A stretch of 54,303 nucleotides of DNA, from the NCBI GenBank assembly GCA_022824765.1, contig JAJDZG010000083.1, positions 1 through 54,303 of the forward strand, written 5' to 3'. Each line of letters begins with the position of its first letter. The first letter of the stretch is position 1. This document shows, one piece after another, positions 18,508-27,376 of this stretch. Both the position numbers and the translations under genes were made by a program. Source of the stretch: Dehalococcoidia bacterium. Its GTDB lineage: Bacteria > Chloroflexota > Dehalococcoidia > Bin125. The notes beneath the pieces were generated by a model. It was not told where the DNA came from. It worked only from the letters and a program-made list of their open reading frames with translations, and made no database searches.

Positions 18508-19101
18508 ATGCTGATTGACATGCACACGCACACGTCGGTGCACTCCACCGACAGCAACCTGCTCCCGCTGGACTCGCTAGCCCGAGCGATCTCGCGCGGC
18601 CTCGACGGTGTCGTGCTGACGGAGCATGATGTGGTCTGGCCGCGTCACTTGGCGGAGCAGCTATCGGAAGAAGCGGGCATCGTCGTCATCCCTGGTGTGG
18701 AAGTGACCACAGAGTTGGGACACGTGCTGGTCTATGGGATCAAATCGCTGGTCCCCCGCATCACCGACGCGAAGCGCTTGCGCAAGTTCTGCGACGACCA
18801 GGAAGCGCTGATGTTTCTGGCCCATCCCGCGCGCGATCCCGGACTGCGCGTGCCAAAGGACGCGATGCAGCTGTTCGACGGCGTCGAAGGCCTGAACGGA
18901 TGCGACGGTCCGCTCCAGAACATGAGCGCACGCTCGCGCGGTCGGACGCGTCCGCTACCACCGATCGGCGGCAGCGATTCTCACGCGTTGCACGAGGTCG
19001 GCACCGCCGCGACCGAATTCGACGCCGACATCCGCAACTTGGCCGACTTGATGGCTGCCCTGCGCAGCGGCGACTACCAGCTCAAGGAGATCGATCCCTG
19101 A
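18508..19101 (+). CDS. PHP-domain phosphoesterase
   Basis: IDMHTHT, LTEHD, PGVEVTTELGH, LAHP, GGSDSH. Confidence 0.9.
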   Translation: MLIDMHTHTSVHSTDSNLLPLDSLARAISRGLDGVVLTEHDVVWPRHLAEQLSEEAGIVVIPGVEVTTELGHVLVYGIKSLVPRITDAKRLRKFCDDQEALMFLAHPARDPGLRVPKDAMQLFDGVEGLNGCDGPLQNMSARSRGRTRPLPPIGGSDSHALHEVGTAATEFDADIRNLADLMAALRSGDYQLKEIDP

Positions 19102-19150
19102 GCGGCGAGTCTGCGATTACGCTCATCACAGGAGAGCCGAGGCACTGCGC

Positions 19151-19855
19151 GTGGGCCGATTCGAGCCATTGCCAACCGACCCGTATGAACATCCGCCGGG
19201 TGAGCGGCGCTTTGGGGCGATCTGCGCGGCCTGCCGCGGCGACACCCGCCTGGGCACTCGCTTCTGCACCAACTGCAGCGCGCTGCGCGAAGACGCCGAG
19301 CGCGGACACACCGTCCGCTATGCGGCCTCCAAGTGGATGCGCCTGTTTGCCCGCCTGGCCGACGTTCTGCTGATCGCAGCCATCGGCATGACCGTCTTCT
19401 TGCTGCTCGACGCCGCAGGCGCCATCGACATCGACCTGTCCGACTGGAGCAACCAGGAGCTGAACGATCTCAACGTCAGCACGCTGATCGCGACGGGCAT
19501 CTGGTTCCTCTGGTTCGCCCTCGTCGCGCCGCGCGGACAGACACCGGGCAAACAGCTGCTGCGCATGCGGATCATCATGGCCGACGGCTCTGACGCGCCG
19601 ACATCGCTCAACTGGATGCGCGAAGGACTGTTTCAGTTCTTCGCGGTGGTCCCATCGCTGGTCGCTGAGCCCATTATGTCTCCAGCCGAATGGCTGGCCG
19701 CCATCGTCAGCCTCGCCCCGTTTGTGATGCTGCTCGATGCCGCGTTCATCTTCGCCGGCTCGGACAAGCAGACGGTGCATGACCGAATCTTCCGCACGCT
19801 AGTCGTGCGCATTCAGCGTGTGCCCCAGCACAGCGCCGAGCTGCGCGCCCTATGA
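19151..19855 (+). CDS. Zinc-ribbon + RDD family membrane protein
   Basis: CAAC...CTNC; RLFARLAD; GQTPGKQLL; QTVHD. Confidence 0.85.
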   Translation: MGRFEPLPTDPYEHPPGERRFGAICAACRGDTRLGTRFCTNCSALREDAERGHTVRYAASKWMRLFARLADVLLIAAIGMTVFLLLDAAGAIDIDLSDWSNQELNDLNVSTLIATGIWFLWFALVAPRGQTPGKQLLRMRIIMADGSDAPTSLNWMREGLFQFFAVVPSLVAEPIMSPAEWLAAIVSLAPFVMLLDAAFIFAGSDKQTVHDRIFRTLVVRIQRVPQHSAELRAL

Positions 19856-20409
19856 CCGCGACCGACCGTCGGACCCGCATCTATGTGCTCGAATGCCGGG
19901 TCTGCGCAAAGCCATCGGGCGCCGGACGCTACTTCTGCGCCAGCTGCGGGATTCTCAACACGGCAGACGCCAAACCAGCCGACGCGGCCTATGCCGCCTC
20001 GCCGCGATCTCGGCTGGCGGCCTTTCTGCTCGACTATCTGATCATCTGGCTGACTGCCGGAGTCGGTTGGCTGCTCTGGCTCGCGATCGTCGCGCGTCGC
20101 GGCCAATCGCCCGGCAAAGCATTGCTCGGTCTGCGAGTCACCGACCGAACGGGGCGCGCCGCATCCGCCCGCCTCGTCTGGCTCCGAGAGTTTGGTTGGG
20201 ACGCGGCGGTCGGAACGCTGCTGCTTGTCGTATTGCTGCTGCTGGGCGCCGTCGCTCACTCGCTCGGTGACTTGCTCGAGCTCTGGTTCTGGCTGACGGT
20301 CTTGTTCTGGCTAGTCTCCTTCGGCGACGCCGCGCGTCTGCTGCGCGACGCCGATCGCCAATCCTGGCATGATCGCGCGCTCGGCACCCTCGTGGTCGGC
20401 GGGCGATGA
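19852..20409 (+). CDS. Zinc-ribbon + RDD family membrane protein
   Basis: CRVC...CASC; RLAAFLLD; GQSPGKALLG; QSWHD. Confidence 0.85.
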   Translation: MTATDRRTRIYVLECRVCAKPSGAGRYFCASCGILNTADAKPADAAYAASPRSRLAAFLLDYLIIWLTAGVGWLLWLAIVARRGQSPGKALLGLRVTDRTGRAASARLVWLREFGWDAAVGTLLLVVLLLLGAVAHSLGDLLELWFWLTVLFWLVSFGDAARLLRDADRQSWHDRALGTLVVGGR

Positions 20410-20446
20410 TCAGGCAGAGCCACTAGCCTCGCCGCGGAGGTCTCGG

Positions 20447-21178
20447 ATGTCTGCCCGCCTGCCCTCGCTGCGGCGTGAATCATGTCCCGCATGCGGAGAG
20501 TATCCCGGCGTGGGCGTCTTCTGCAGCGAGTGCGGCGTGCTCATGTCGCATCCAGAATCAGGCGATTTCGCGGCGCCCTATCTGCGCCGTCTAGCCGCCG
20601 AACTGCTCGACTTGCTGCTCTTCCTGCTCCTGCCGCTCTGGCTCTTCTGGATGTGGCAGACATCGCGCGACGGACAGTCGCCCGCGAAGTCACTGCTCGA
20701 CCTGTACGTAATCGACGAGGCGGGCCAGCCCATCACACCGCAGCGAATGTGGGTGCGGGAGTTGGTGATCAAGCGGCTGGTGCTGGGCCTGGTCGGCTAC
20801 GCGTTCACGCTGCTCGGGCCGATCATCAACGCCGGCTGGATTCTGATGAACCCCGACCGCCAGTGCATCCACGACCGCGCCGTGGGAACGTTGGTCGTCG
20901 TTCGACGCGACGCGCCCACGCGTGCCGAGACTTTGCCTGAGCCGCAGGCAGCCGACTTCCAGATGCCGCCTCCCGCGCCGAGCGGCCCACGTCTGACACC
21001 ACCGATTCCTGCTCCAGCGCCAACGCGTGCGGTCGGCCACAACGTCGAAGCCGCGCCTCCATCAACACCAACGTCGCCGGAGCTGGAAGCACTCGAGTTG
21101 CAGCGAACCCATCTCTCGCAGACCGAGTATGAGCGCCGTCGACGGGCGCTGGTCCGTCAGCTCGAGGAGTCGAGCTGA
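20447..21178 (+). CDS. Zinc-ribbon + RDD family membrane protein with a Pro-rich linker and SHOCT-like tail
   Basis: GGAGG RBS before ATG 20447; CPAC...CSEC; RRLAAELLD; GQSPAK; QCIHD; tail LSQTEYERRRRAL. Confidence 0.85.
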   Translation: MSARLPSLRRESCPACGEYPGVGVFCSECGVLMSHPESGDFAAPYLRRLAAELLDLLLFLLLPLWLFWMWQTSRDGQSPAKSLLDLYVIDEAGQPITPQRMWVRELVIKRLVLGLVGYAFTLLGPIINAGWILMNPDRQCIHDRAVGTLVVVRRDAPTRAETLPEPQAADFQMPPPAPSGPRLTPPIPAPAPTRAVGHNVEAAPPSTPTSPELEALELQRTHLSQTEYERRRRALVRQLEESS

Positions 21179-21194
21179 CGGAGCAGGCGCACGA

Positions 21195-24071
21195 TCATCC
21201 GCAGCCCGTTGTCTCGCCGCAGTTGAGGCACTGGAAGCACGAGCCCGCGCGCACCATCAGCGAGCCGCACATCGCGCAAGCCGGTGCGTCGATCTGGCCC
21301 ATCCCCGCTTGACTGGACGTCGCAATGCTCACGCTGATCGGCGCAGGGCCAGCATCCTCGTCCGCGACGGCATCTTCATTGGGGCTCATCGGCATGCGGC
21401 CTTGCACCGCGACCGTGTCAGTGGAATCAGCTGGCAAGTAGCGCAGGCCCATCCAGCGGAAGATGTAATCGAGAATCGAGTCTGCCTGCGGGATATCAGA
21501 GTTACGTGTCCAGCCGCTCGGCTCGAATCGAGTGTGCGCGAACTTCTTGACCAGCGTCGACAGCGGCACGCCCGATTGCAGCGAGACCGACGTCAGCGCG
21601 GCGACCGCGTCCATCAGTCCCGAGACCACGGAGCCTTCCTTGGAGATGTACACGAACAGCTCGCCGGGGCTGCCGTCCTCGTACTCACCAATGGTCATAT
21701 AGCCCTCGTGATTGCCGATCGTGAACTTGTGCGTCACCGCGCCGCGCTCGTCCGGCAGACGGTGGCGTCGATACGCCGGCGGAGACAGGGCATCGTCGAT
21801 CTCGACAGGCGCGTCCGACGGCGACGACGGCCCAACAGACACAGCAGGCGCGTCAGCAGTCGCGGCATTGGCGTGTTGCGGTTCTGAGCTGCCGCGCGAT
21901 TGCAGCGGTTGCGATCGCTTGGAGTTGTCCCGGTAGATGGCGACCGCCTTGACGCCCAAACGCCATGCCTCGACATACGTGTCCATGATCTCTTCGACAG
22001 TCGTCTCCTCAGGCGCGTTCACCGTCTTGGAGATGGCGCCGGAGAGGAACGGCTGCAACGCGCCGAGCATGCGCACGTGGCCCAGCGGCGCGATGCTGCG
22101 CTCGCCGTGTTGCGGCGTCAAGGAACAGTCGAAGATCGGCAGATGCTCAGGCTTGAGGTCAACGGCGCCCTCGATCGTGCCGGTCTCCTCCAGGTACTGA
22201 TCGATGCGAACAATCTCGGCCTCCGTGTAGCCGAGTCGTCGAAGCGCGGCAGGCACCGTGCGGTTGACGAACTTCAGCAGCCCGCCGCCGGATAGGTTCT
22301 TGTGCTTGATCAATGACAGGTCAGGCTCAACACCCGTGGTGTCGCAGTCCATCATCAGGCCGATCGTGCCCGTCGGCGCCAGGACCGTCGCCTGGGCGTT
22401 GCGATAGCCGTGCTGCTCGCCAAGCTCGATCGCCTGGCGCCAGGCGTCGGCGGCAGCCAGGCTCACCGCGTCTGGCACACGGCTCAGACCATCGATGCGG
22501 CCCACCGCGTCCTGGTGCTTGCGCATCACCCGCAGAAATGACTTGCGATTAACTTCATACTGGTTGAACGGACCGATCCGCTCGGCCATGCGCGCCGACT
22601 GAGCGTAGGCCTCGCCGGTCATCAGCGCGGTCACCGCGGCCGCCAGCGCGCGACCGTCGACCGAGTCATAGGGCAGCCCGCGCGCCATCAGCAGCGCTCC
22701 CAGATTGGTGTAGCCCAGTCCGAGCGGGCGGAAGTCCTCAGAGTTCTCGCCAATCAGATCAGATGGGTAGGACGCGTTCGAGACCAGAATCTCCTGCGCG
22801 GTGAACATCACCCGGCAGGCGTGCCGATAGGACTCGACATCAAACTCGTGCGTCTCCAGATCGTAGAACTTGAGCAGGTTCAACGAGGCCAGGTTGCAGG
22901 CCGTGTCGTTCAGGAACATGTACTCGGAGCATGGGTTCGAGGCATAGATGCGATCCGTGCCCGCGCAGGTGTGCCAATCGTTGATGACGCTGTCGAACTG
23001 CATGCCCGGGTCGCCGCATTGGTGCGTCGCGGCGGCAATGGCCTTCAGGATCTCCCGCGCCGGCATCTGCTCGACGACCTCGCCCGTGACCACCGCGCGT
23101 GTCGACCACGGCGCATCCGCCACCACGGCCTGCATAAACTCATCCGTCACCCGCACCGAGTGGTTGGCGTTCTGGAACGAGACCGAAGAATACGCATCGC
23201 CGTTGACGCTGCCGTCGTAGCCAGCGTCAATCAACGCCCAGGCCTTGCGCTCCTCGTCCGCCTTGCAGTTGATGAAGTCGATCACATCCGGGTGGTCAGC
23301 ATCGAGAATGATCATTTTCGCCGCGCGACGCGTCTTCCCGCCCGACTTGATCACGTTGGCGAACGCGTCGTAGCCGTGCATGAAGGGGACGGGACCAGAA
23401 GCCTGTCCGCCGCCAGTCAGCGGTTCCCTGCTCGAGCGCAGCGTGGAGAGGTTGGATCCCGTCCCGCTGCCCCACTTGAACAGCATCGCCTCGCGCTTGG
23501 CGAGGTCCATGATCGACTCCATCGAGTCCTCAACCGAGTTGATGAAGCAGGCCGAACACTGCGGCAGCTCCTCGACGCCGACGTTGAACCAGACCGGCGA
23601 GTTGAACGACGCATACTGATTGATCAGCAGGAATCGAAGCTCGGACGAGAAGGCGGACACCGCCGCCTGATCGCCGAAGTAGCCGCCCTCCCGTCCCCAG
23701 CGGCTGATCGTGTCCACAACGCGGTCAACGAGCGTCTTCATCGACGTCTCCCGCAACGGTGTGTCCAGCGGGCCCCAGAAGTACCTCGAAGCCACGATGT
23801 TGACTGCGTTCTGCGACCAGAAGCTGGGCGCCTCGACGCCGGACTGTTCGAAAACGGCCTGGCCAGTGTCCGTCGCGATCGACGCGGTGCGCAGCGTCCA
23901 CTCAATCTGGTCGTAGACGTTCTCGCCAGGCCTGGTGAAATGACGCTCGATCAGCGGCTCGCTGACGACCCGCTCAGCAGGCAGCTCGAATGCGCGCTCA
24001 TCCTGCTCCGACTCGCTGGGGGCAACGGCGGAAACAACCTCAGCGTCATCGTGGTCGTCAATGCGAGTCAT
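21195..24071 (-). CDS. nrdJ: Class II (adenosylcobalamin-dependent) ribonucleotide reductase with TSCPD-like and zinc-ribbon C-terminus
   Basis: FNSPVWFN, QCSACFI, GGKTRRAAKM, SNPCSEY, APTGTI, C-terminal CAMC...CLNC. Confidence 0.95.
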   Translation of the reverse strand: MTRIDDHDDAEVVSAVAPSESEQDERAFELPAERVVSEPLIERHFTRPGENVYDQIEWTLRTASIATDTGQAVFEQSGVEAPSFWSQNAVNIVASRYFWGPLDTPLRETSMKTLVDRVVDTISRWGREGGYFGDQAAVSAFSSELRFLLINQYASFNSPVWFNVGVEELPQCSACFINSVEDSMESIMDLAKREAMLFKWGSGTGSNLSTLRSSREPLTGGGQASGPVPFMHGYDAFANVIKSGGKTRRAAKMIILDADHPDVIDFINCKADEERKAWALIDAGYDGSVNGDAYSSVSFQNANHSVRVTDEFMQAVVADAPWSTRAVVTGEVVEQMPAREILKAIAAATHQCGDPGMQFDSVINDWHTCAGTDRIYASNPCSEYMFLNDTACNLASLNLLKFYDLETHEFDVESYRHACRVMFTAQEILVSNASYPSDLIGENSEDFRPLGLGYTNLGALLMARGLPYDSVDGRALAAAVTALMTGEAYAQSARMAERIGPFNQYEVNRKSFLRVMRKHQDAVGRIDGLSRVPDAVSLAAADAWRQAIELGEQHGYRNAQATVLAPTGTIGLMMDCDTTGVEPDLSLIKHKNLSGGGLLKFVNRTVPAALRRLGYTEAEIVRIDQYLEETGTIEGAVDLKPEHLPIFDCSLTPQHGERSIAPLGHVRMLGALQPFLSGAISKTVNAPEETTVEEIMDTYVEAWRLGVKAVAIYRDNSKRSQPLQSRGSSEPQHANAATADAPAVSVGPSSPSDAPVEIDDALSPPAYRRHRLPDERGAVTHKFTIGNHEGYMTIGEYEDGSPGELFVYISKEGSVVSGLMDAVAALTSVSLQSGVPLSTLVKKFAHTRFEPSGWTRNSDIPQADSILDYIFRWMGLRYLPADSTDTVAVQGRMPMSPNEDAVADEDAGPAPISVSIATSSQAGMGQIDAPACAMCGSLMVRAGSCFQCLNCGETTGCG

Positions 24072-24205
24072 GACTCCTGCTCCCTAAGGCAATATAGAAC
24101 ATGCGTACCTTCCCGACGGAGCGCACGTTATGTAGGCTGGCGAAGCCGGCCAGGAGCACCGCAATCGGCGACGACTCCACGACGGCCACACTCCGCTTCG
24201 GTAAA

Positions 24206-24263
24206 TGATCACCTGCGTGATCAAGTGGACAATAATAGTACCGCTCTCTCTCCATCTTCGCAA
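24206..24263 (-). promoter_or_regulatory. Sigma70-type promoter of nrdJ with a downstream palindrome
   Basis: Minus strand TTGCGA (24263-24258), 17 nt, TACTAT (24240-24235); TGATCAC-N4-GTGATCA at 24206-24223 just downstream. Confidence 0.6.
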
Positions 24264-24351
24264 CAGCCCCAATTCGGCTCACAGCTAAACTAGATCAGCC
24301 CGCCCGACCGTGCTGGCGCGGTACACACCATCAACGGAAGCGGTTGACAGC

Positions 24352-25413
24352 GTGGACGCACCCATTCATCTGCCTCTGCTGCCCTGCGGAATCGGCTCGA
24401 CCCGTCATGTCGACGCCGCTGAGGCGGTCGCCGAGGTGCTCGACGGCTATTGGCGCCTCCCGTTCTGGCCCCAGCTACCCAACAGATCCGCCCACGAACT
24501 GATGCTCCCGCAGATCGGTCTGTCCCTGCCCGACGCGTCCTGGGACGGCGAGCTACTCCACTGGAGCGGCGCCCTCTCGGACGCCGACATCGCCGACGCC
24601 GGCCTCCCGCCTCAAGACCGAGCAGCTGGACTCTACGAACTGATCGATCAACTGCCCAACGTGGCGGAAGGTCGGCAGTCAAAGGTGGTCAAAGGCCAAC
24701 TGGTCGGCCCGCTGACATTGGCTCGTTGGTCGCGAACCGCCACGGGCGCGTCGCCGCTCGATGATGTCGAGACGCTGGTCCGGCTCGGCGCCTGGCTGGG
24801 TGCCGCCGCGGCAGAGCAGGCCCGCGTCTTTCAGCGGCTCGGCTATCAAGCGATCATCATGTTCGACGAGCCCGAGCTGGCCATGGTCGGCGAACTGAGC
24901 ATCCCCCTGCCCTGGCGCGAGGTGACCCCAGTGCTGCGCGCCGCCATCGAACCCGTGCAGCGGGTCGGCGCGATCGCCGGCATCCATTGCTGCGCCGCGC
25001 CCAACTGGACGCGCGTGCTCGACTCGAGGCCCAATCTGATTCACTTCGACGCCCGCGAGGGCCACGTCGACGACGTGATCCGGCACCATCGAGCCGTCCG
25101 CGAGCATGTCGCGCGCGGTGGATATCTGGGTTGGGGCCTCTGGCCCACCGACGGCCGCGGACCCATGCCATTCGACTCCAGAGAGATGCAGTACTTCCTC
25201 GCCAACAAGGCGCGCGATCTGTCCTTCGTCGACGCTTCGGTTGGCCTGATCTTCAAGCGCTCGATGCTGACCGGCGTCTGTGGTGGCGCCGGTCTCGACG
25301 AGGCGACCGAGCAACAAGTCGCCCAAGACCTCGAAGAGCTGTCGATGGGCATCCGCCACCGCTATTGGATCGCCGAGTCGACCGACGTCGACCCCGACGC
25401 ACCGCTCACCTAG
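24352..25413 (+). CDS. Core (single-domain) MetE-like methionine synthase family protein
   Basis: GIGS, PFWPQLP, KGQLVGP, FDEP, GIHCC, late GVCG. Start uncertain (24310 or 24352). Confidence 0.7.
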   Translation: MDAPIHLPLLPCGIGSTRHVDAAEAVAEVLDGYWRLPFWPQLPNRSAHELMLPQIGLSLPDASWDGELLHWSGALSDADIADAGLPPQDRAAGLYELIDQLPNVAEGRQSKVVKGQLVGPLTLARWSRTATGASPLDDVETLVRLGAWLGAAAAEQARVFQRLGYQAIIMFDEPELAMVGELSIPLPWREVTPVLRAAIEPVQRVGAIAGIHCCAAPNWTRVLDSRPNLIHFDAREGHVDDVIRHHRAVREHVARGGYLGWGLWPTDGRGPMPFDSREMQYFLANKARDLSFVDASVGLIFKRSMLTGVCGGAGLDEATEQQVAQDLEELSMGIRHRYWIAESTDVDPDAPLT

Positions 25414-26438
25414 CTCGGGTTGCTGCCGCCCAGCGGATCGCGGTAACGCTCGAGGAACTCGATCATCAGCCGGTTGACGTCTTCGCTGCCCTCCTGCTGC
25501 ACCCAGTGGCCGCAGTCGGGCAGGTAGGTCAGCTCGAAGGGGCCGCTGAACAGACCGTCCATCCCCTCGGTCAACTCCCGGCCCAGCGCGGTGTCCCGCT
25601 CGCCCCAGAGCAGCAAGGTCGGTGAGCTGATCTTCGTATAGGTCGTCGTCGTGGCTGGCGCCGGACCTAGCACGCTGTCCAACGCCTTACCGAGTCCGAC
25701 GAAGCGGCCCGCGATTCGGGCCCGCGACTCGCCAGCACCGGCTCGAACGGCCGCCCGATAGTAGTGCAGCGGACCGCTCAGCCCCTGACGCGCGGCGGCC
25801 CGCCGATACTCCTGCAGGACCTCCGGCGGGAAGGCGTCTCGGCGGGCGGAGTTCTGACGAATGATCCAGCCCACCCGTTCGTACTCGTTGACCGCGAGCC
25901 ATCGTTCCGGCGCTCTCGGAATCTGGAACAGGAACATGTACCACGAACGGCCGATCTGGCGAATGTTGGGACGCGCGCCGAACGCCTCCGCCATCCGCTC
26001 AGGGTGCGGAGCGTTCATCACAACCAGACGGTCGACAGATTCCGGATAGTCCATCGCAAAACGCCAGGCAACCACCCCGCCCCAATCGTGTCCCACGATC
26101 ACCGCCCGGTCCCGGCCGCAATGCTCGATCAGCTGCTGGACATCTTCGGTCAGGGTCTCAATCCGGTAATCCTGTACGTCTGGCGGACTCTCGGAGAGGT
26201 TGTAGCCACGCAAGTCTGGCGCGACGACCCAGTACCCGGCAGCCGCGAGCGCCGGCATCTGCATGCGCCATGACCACCAGAACTCCGGGAACCCGTGCAA
26301 CAAAATGACCAGCGGCGCACCCTCACCGCCAACGGCGGAACGAATCTCGGCGTAGTGCAGTCGGACGCCGCCAGCGCCGTCGGCAAAGCGATGCGCCCAC
26401 GCGCCGCGCGGTTGATCTTCGGTTGACGGATCGGCCAT
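25410..26438 (-). CDS. Alpha/beta hydrolase, epoxide hydrolase type
   Basis: LLHGFPE, PDLRGYN, GHDWGG, WY lid motif, GHWVQQE. Confidence 0.92.
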   Translation of the reverse strand: MADPSTEDQPRGAWAHRFADGAGGVRLHYAEIRSAVGGEGAPLVILLHGFPEFWWSWRMQMPALAAAGYWVVAPDLRGYNLSESPPDVQDYRIETLTEDVQQLIEHCGRDRAVIVGHDWGGVVAWRFAMDYPESVDRLVVMNAPHPERMAEAFGARPNIRQIGRSWYMFLFQIPRAPERWLAVNEYERVGWIIRQNSARRDAFPPEVLQEYRRAAARQGLSGPLHYYRAAVRAGAGESRARIAGRFVGLGKALDSVLGPAPATTTTYTKISSPTLLLWGERDTALGRELTEGMDGLFSGPFELTYLPDCGHWVQQEGSEDVNRLMIEFLERYRDPLGGSNPS

Positions 26439-27340
26439 CAGGACGCGGGCCCGGCCGCTACGGCGGCGGGCGCGAGGAACTCGAGCATCGCTGCGGTCAC
26501 CTGTGCCGGCTGCTCCTGCTGTACCCAGTGCCCGGCGTTGTCGATGATCACCTGCTGCAAGTCGTCGACGTACTCGGCCGCTTCTTCCATGAACGGCAGA
26601 CGCACCGCGCGATCTTCACGCCCCCAGATGAACTGCGTCGGACAGCTCACGCGCAGATTGCGGTCCGGCCAGGTCAGGAACCAGTTGGGCCAGTAGATGT
26701 TGCGGTAGTACCTCATCGCCGCCGAGAGCGCGCCCGGCTGCTTCAGCGCATCGGCAAAGACCTCAATGTCCTCGGCGCTAAACGCGTCGTCGTCGGCTGC
26801 GACGCTCTGGAAGACACGACGGGTCGTCTCGTCAATGTCCGACCAGCCCCGCCGCTCCGCCAGCCCCGGCACCTGCATCATCAGCGCATAGGTGTTGTTG
26901 GGGAAATTGCGGCGACCCCAGTACCACGAGCGGACGAGCGGCGCGTTCATCACAATCAGCCGATCACACGCGTTGGGATAATCGCGCGGAAACTGATGCG
27001 CGATCACGCCGCCCCAATCGTGGCCGACGATGATCGCCGACTGCTCGCCGAACGCGCGGATCAGCCCGCGCACATCCTTGGTCAGATTCTTGATGTCGTA
27101 GCCCCGGCGCGGCTTGTCGGACGTGTTGTAACCGCGCATGTCGGGCGCGACCACGCGGAAACCGGCCTGCGCCAGCGGCGCGATCTGGTGCCGCCACGAG
27201 TACCAGTGCTCCGGGAACCCGTGCAGCAACAGCACGAGCGGACCCTCGCCCTGCGTCACGTAGTGGAGTCGGACGCCGTTGGTCTCGACGTGGCCGTCTA
27301 CCCAGCCAGAGCGATCGAAATCGAACTGATCAGTGCTCAT
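26438..27340 (-). CDS. Alpha/beta hydrolase, epoxide hydrolase type (tandem paralogue)
   Basis: LLHGFPE, PDMRGYN, GHDWGG, YYR, GHWVQQE. Confidence 0.92.
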   Translation of the reverse strand: MSTDQFDFDRSGWVDGHVETNGVRLHYVTQGEGPLVLLLHGFPEHWYSWRHQIAPLAQAGFRVVAPDMRGYNTSDKPRRGYDIKNLTKDVRGLIRAFGEQSAIIVGHDWGGVIAHQFPRDYPNACDRLIVMNAPLVRSWYWGRRNFPNNTYALMMQVPGLAERRGWSDIDETTRRVFQSVAADDDAFSAEDIEVFADALKQPGALSAAMRYYRNIYWPNWFLTWPDRNLRVSCPTQFIWGREDRAVRLPFMEEAAEYVDDLQQVIIDNAGHWVQQEQPAQVTAAMLEFLAPAAVAAGPAS

Positions 27341-27376
27341 GTGCCTCTCCGATCGCGGATCCCTCGCGGACGCTGC

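Noticed and set aside
21195-24071. Intein or intron in nrdJ
   Set aside because: Length and motif order fit an uninterrupted NrdJ; no splice-junction or homing-endonuclease motifs were seen.
24087-24138. Tandem NrdR boxes (CAATATAGAA at 24090, CGTTATGTAG at 24126)
   Set aside because: Each has mismatches at conserved positions and the 36-bp spacing is atypical.
24072-24351. Cobalamin riboswitch between nrdJ and the MetE-like gene
   Set aside because: Only a CGGGAAGG fragment on the minus strand; other conserved elements were not found by eye. cmscan would settle it.
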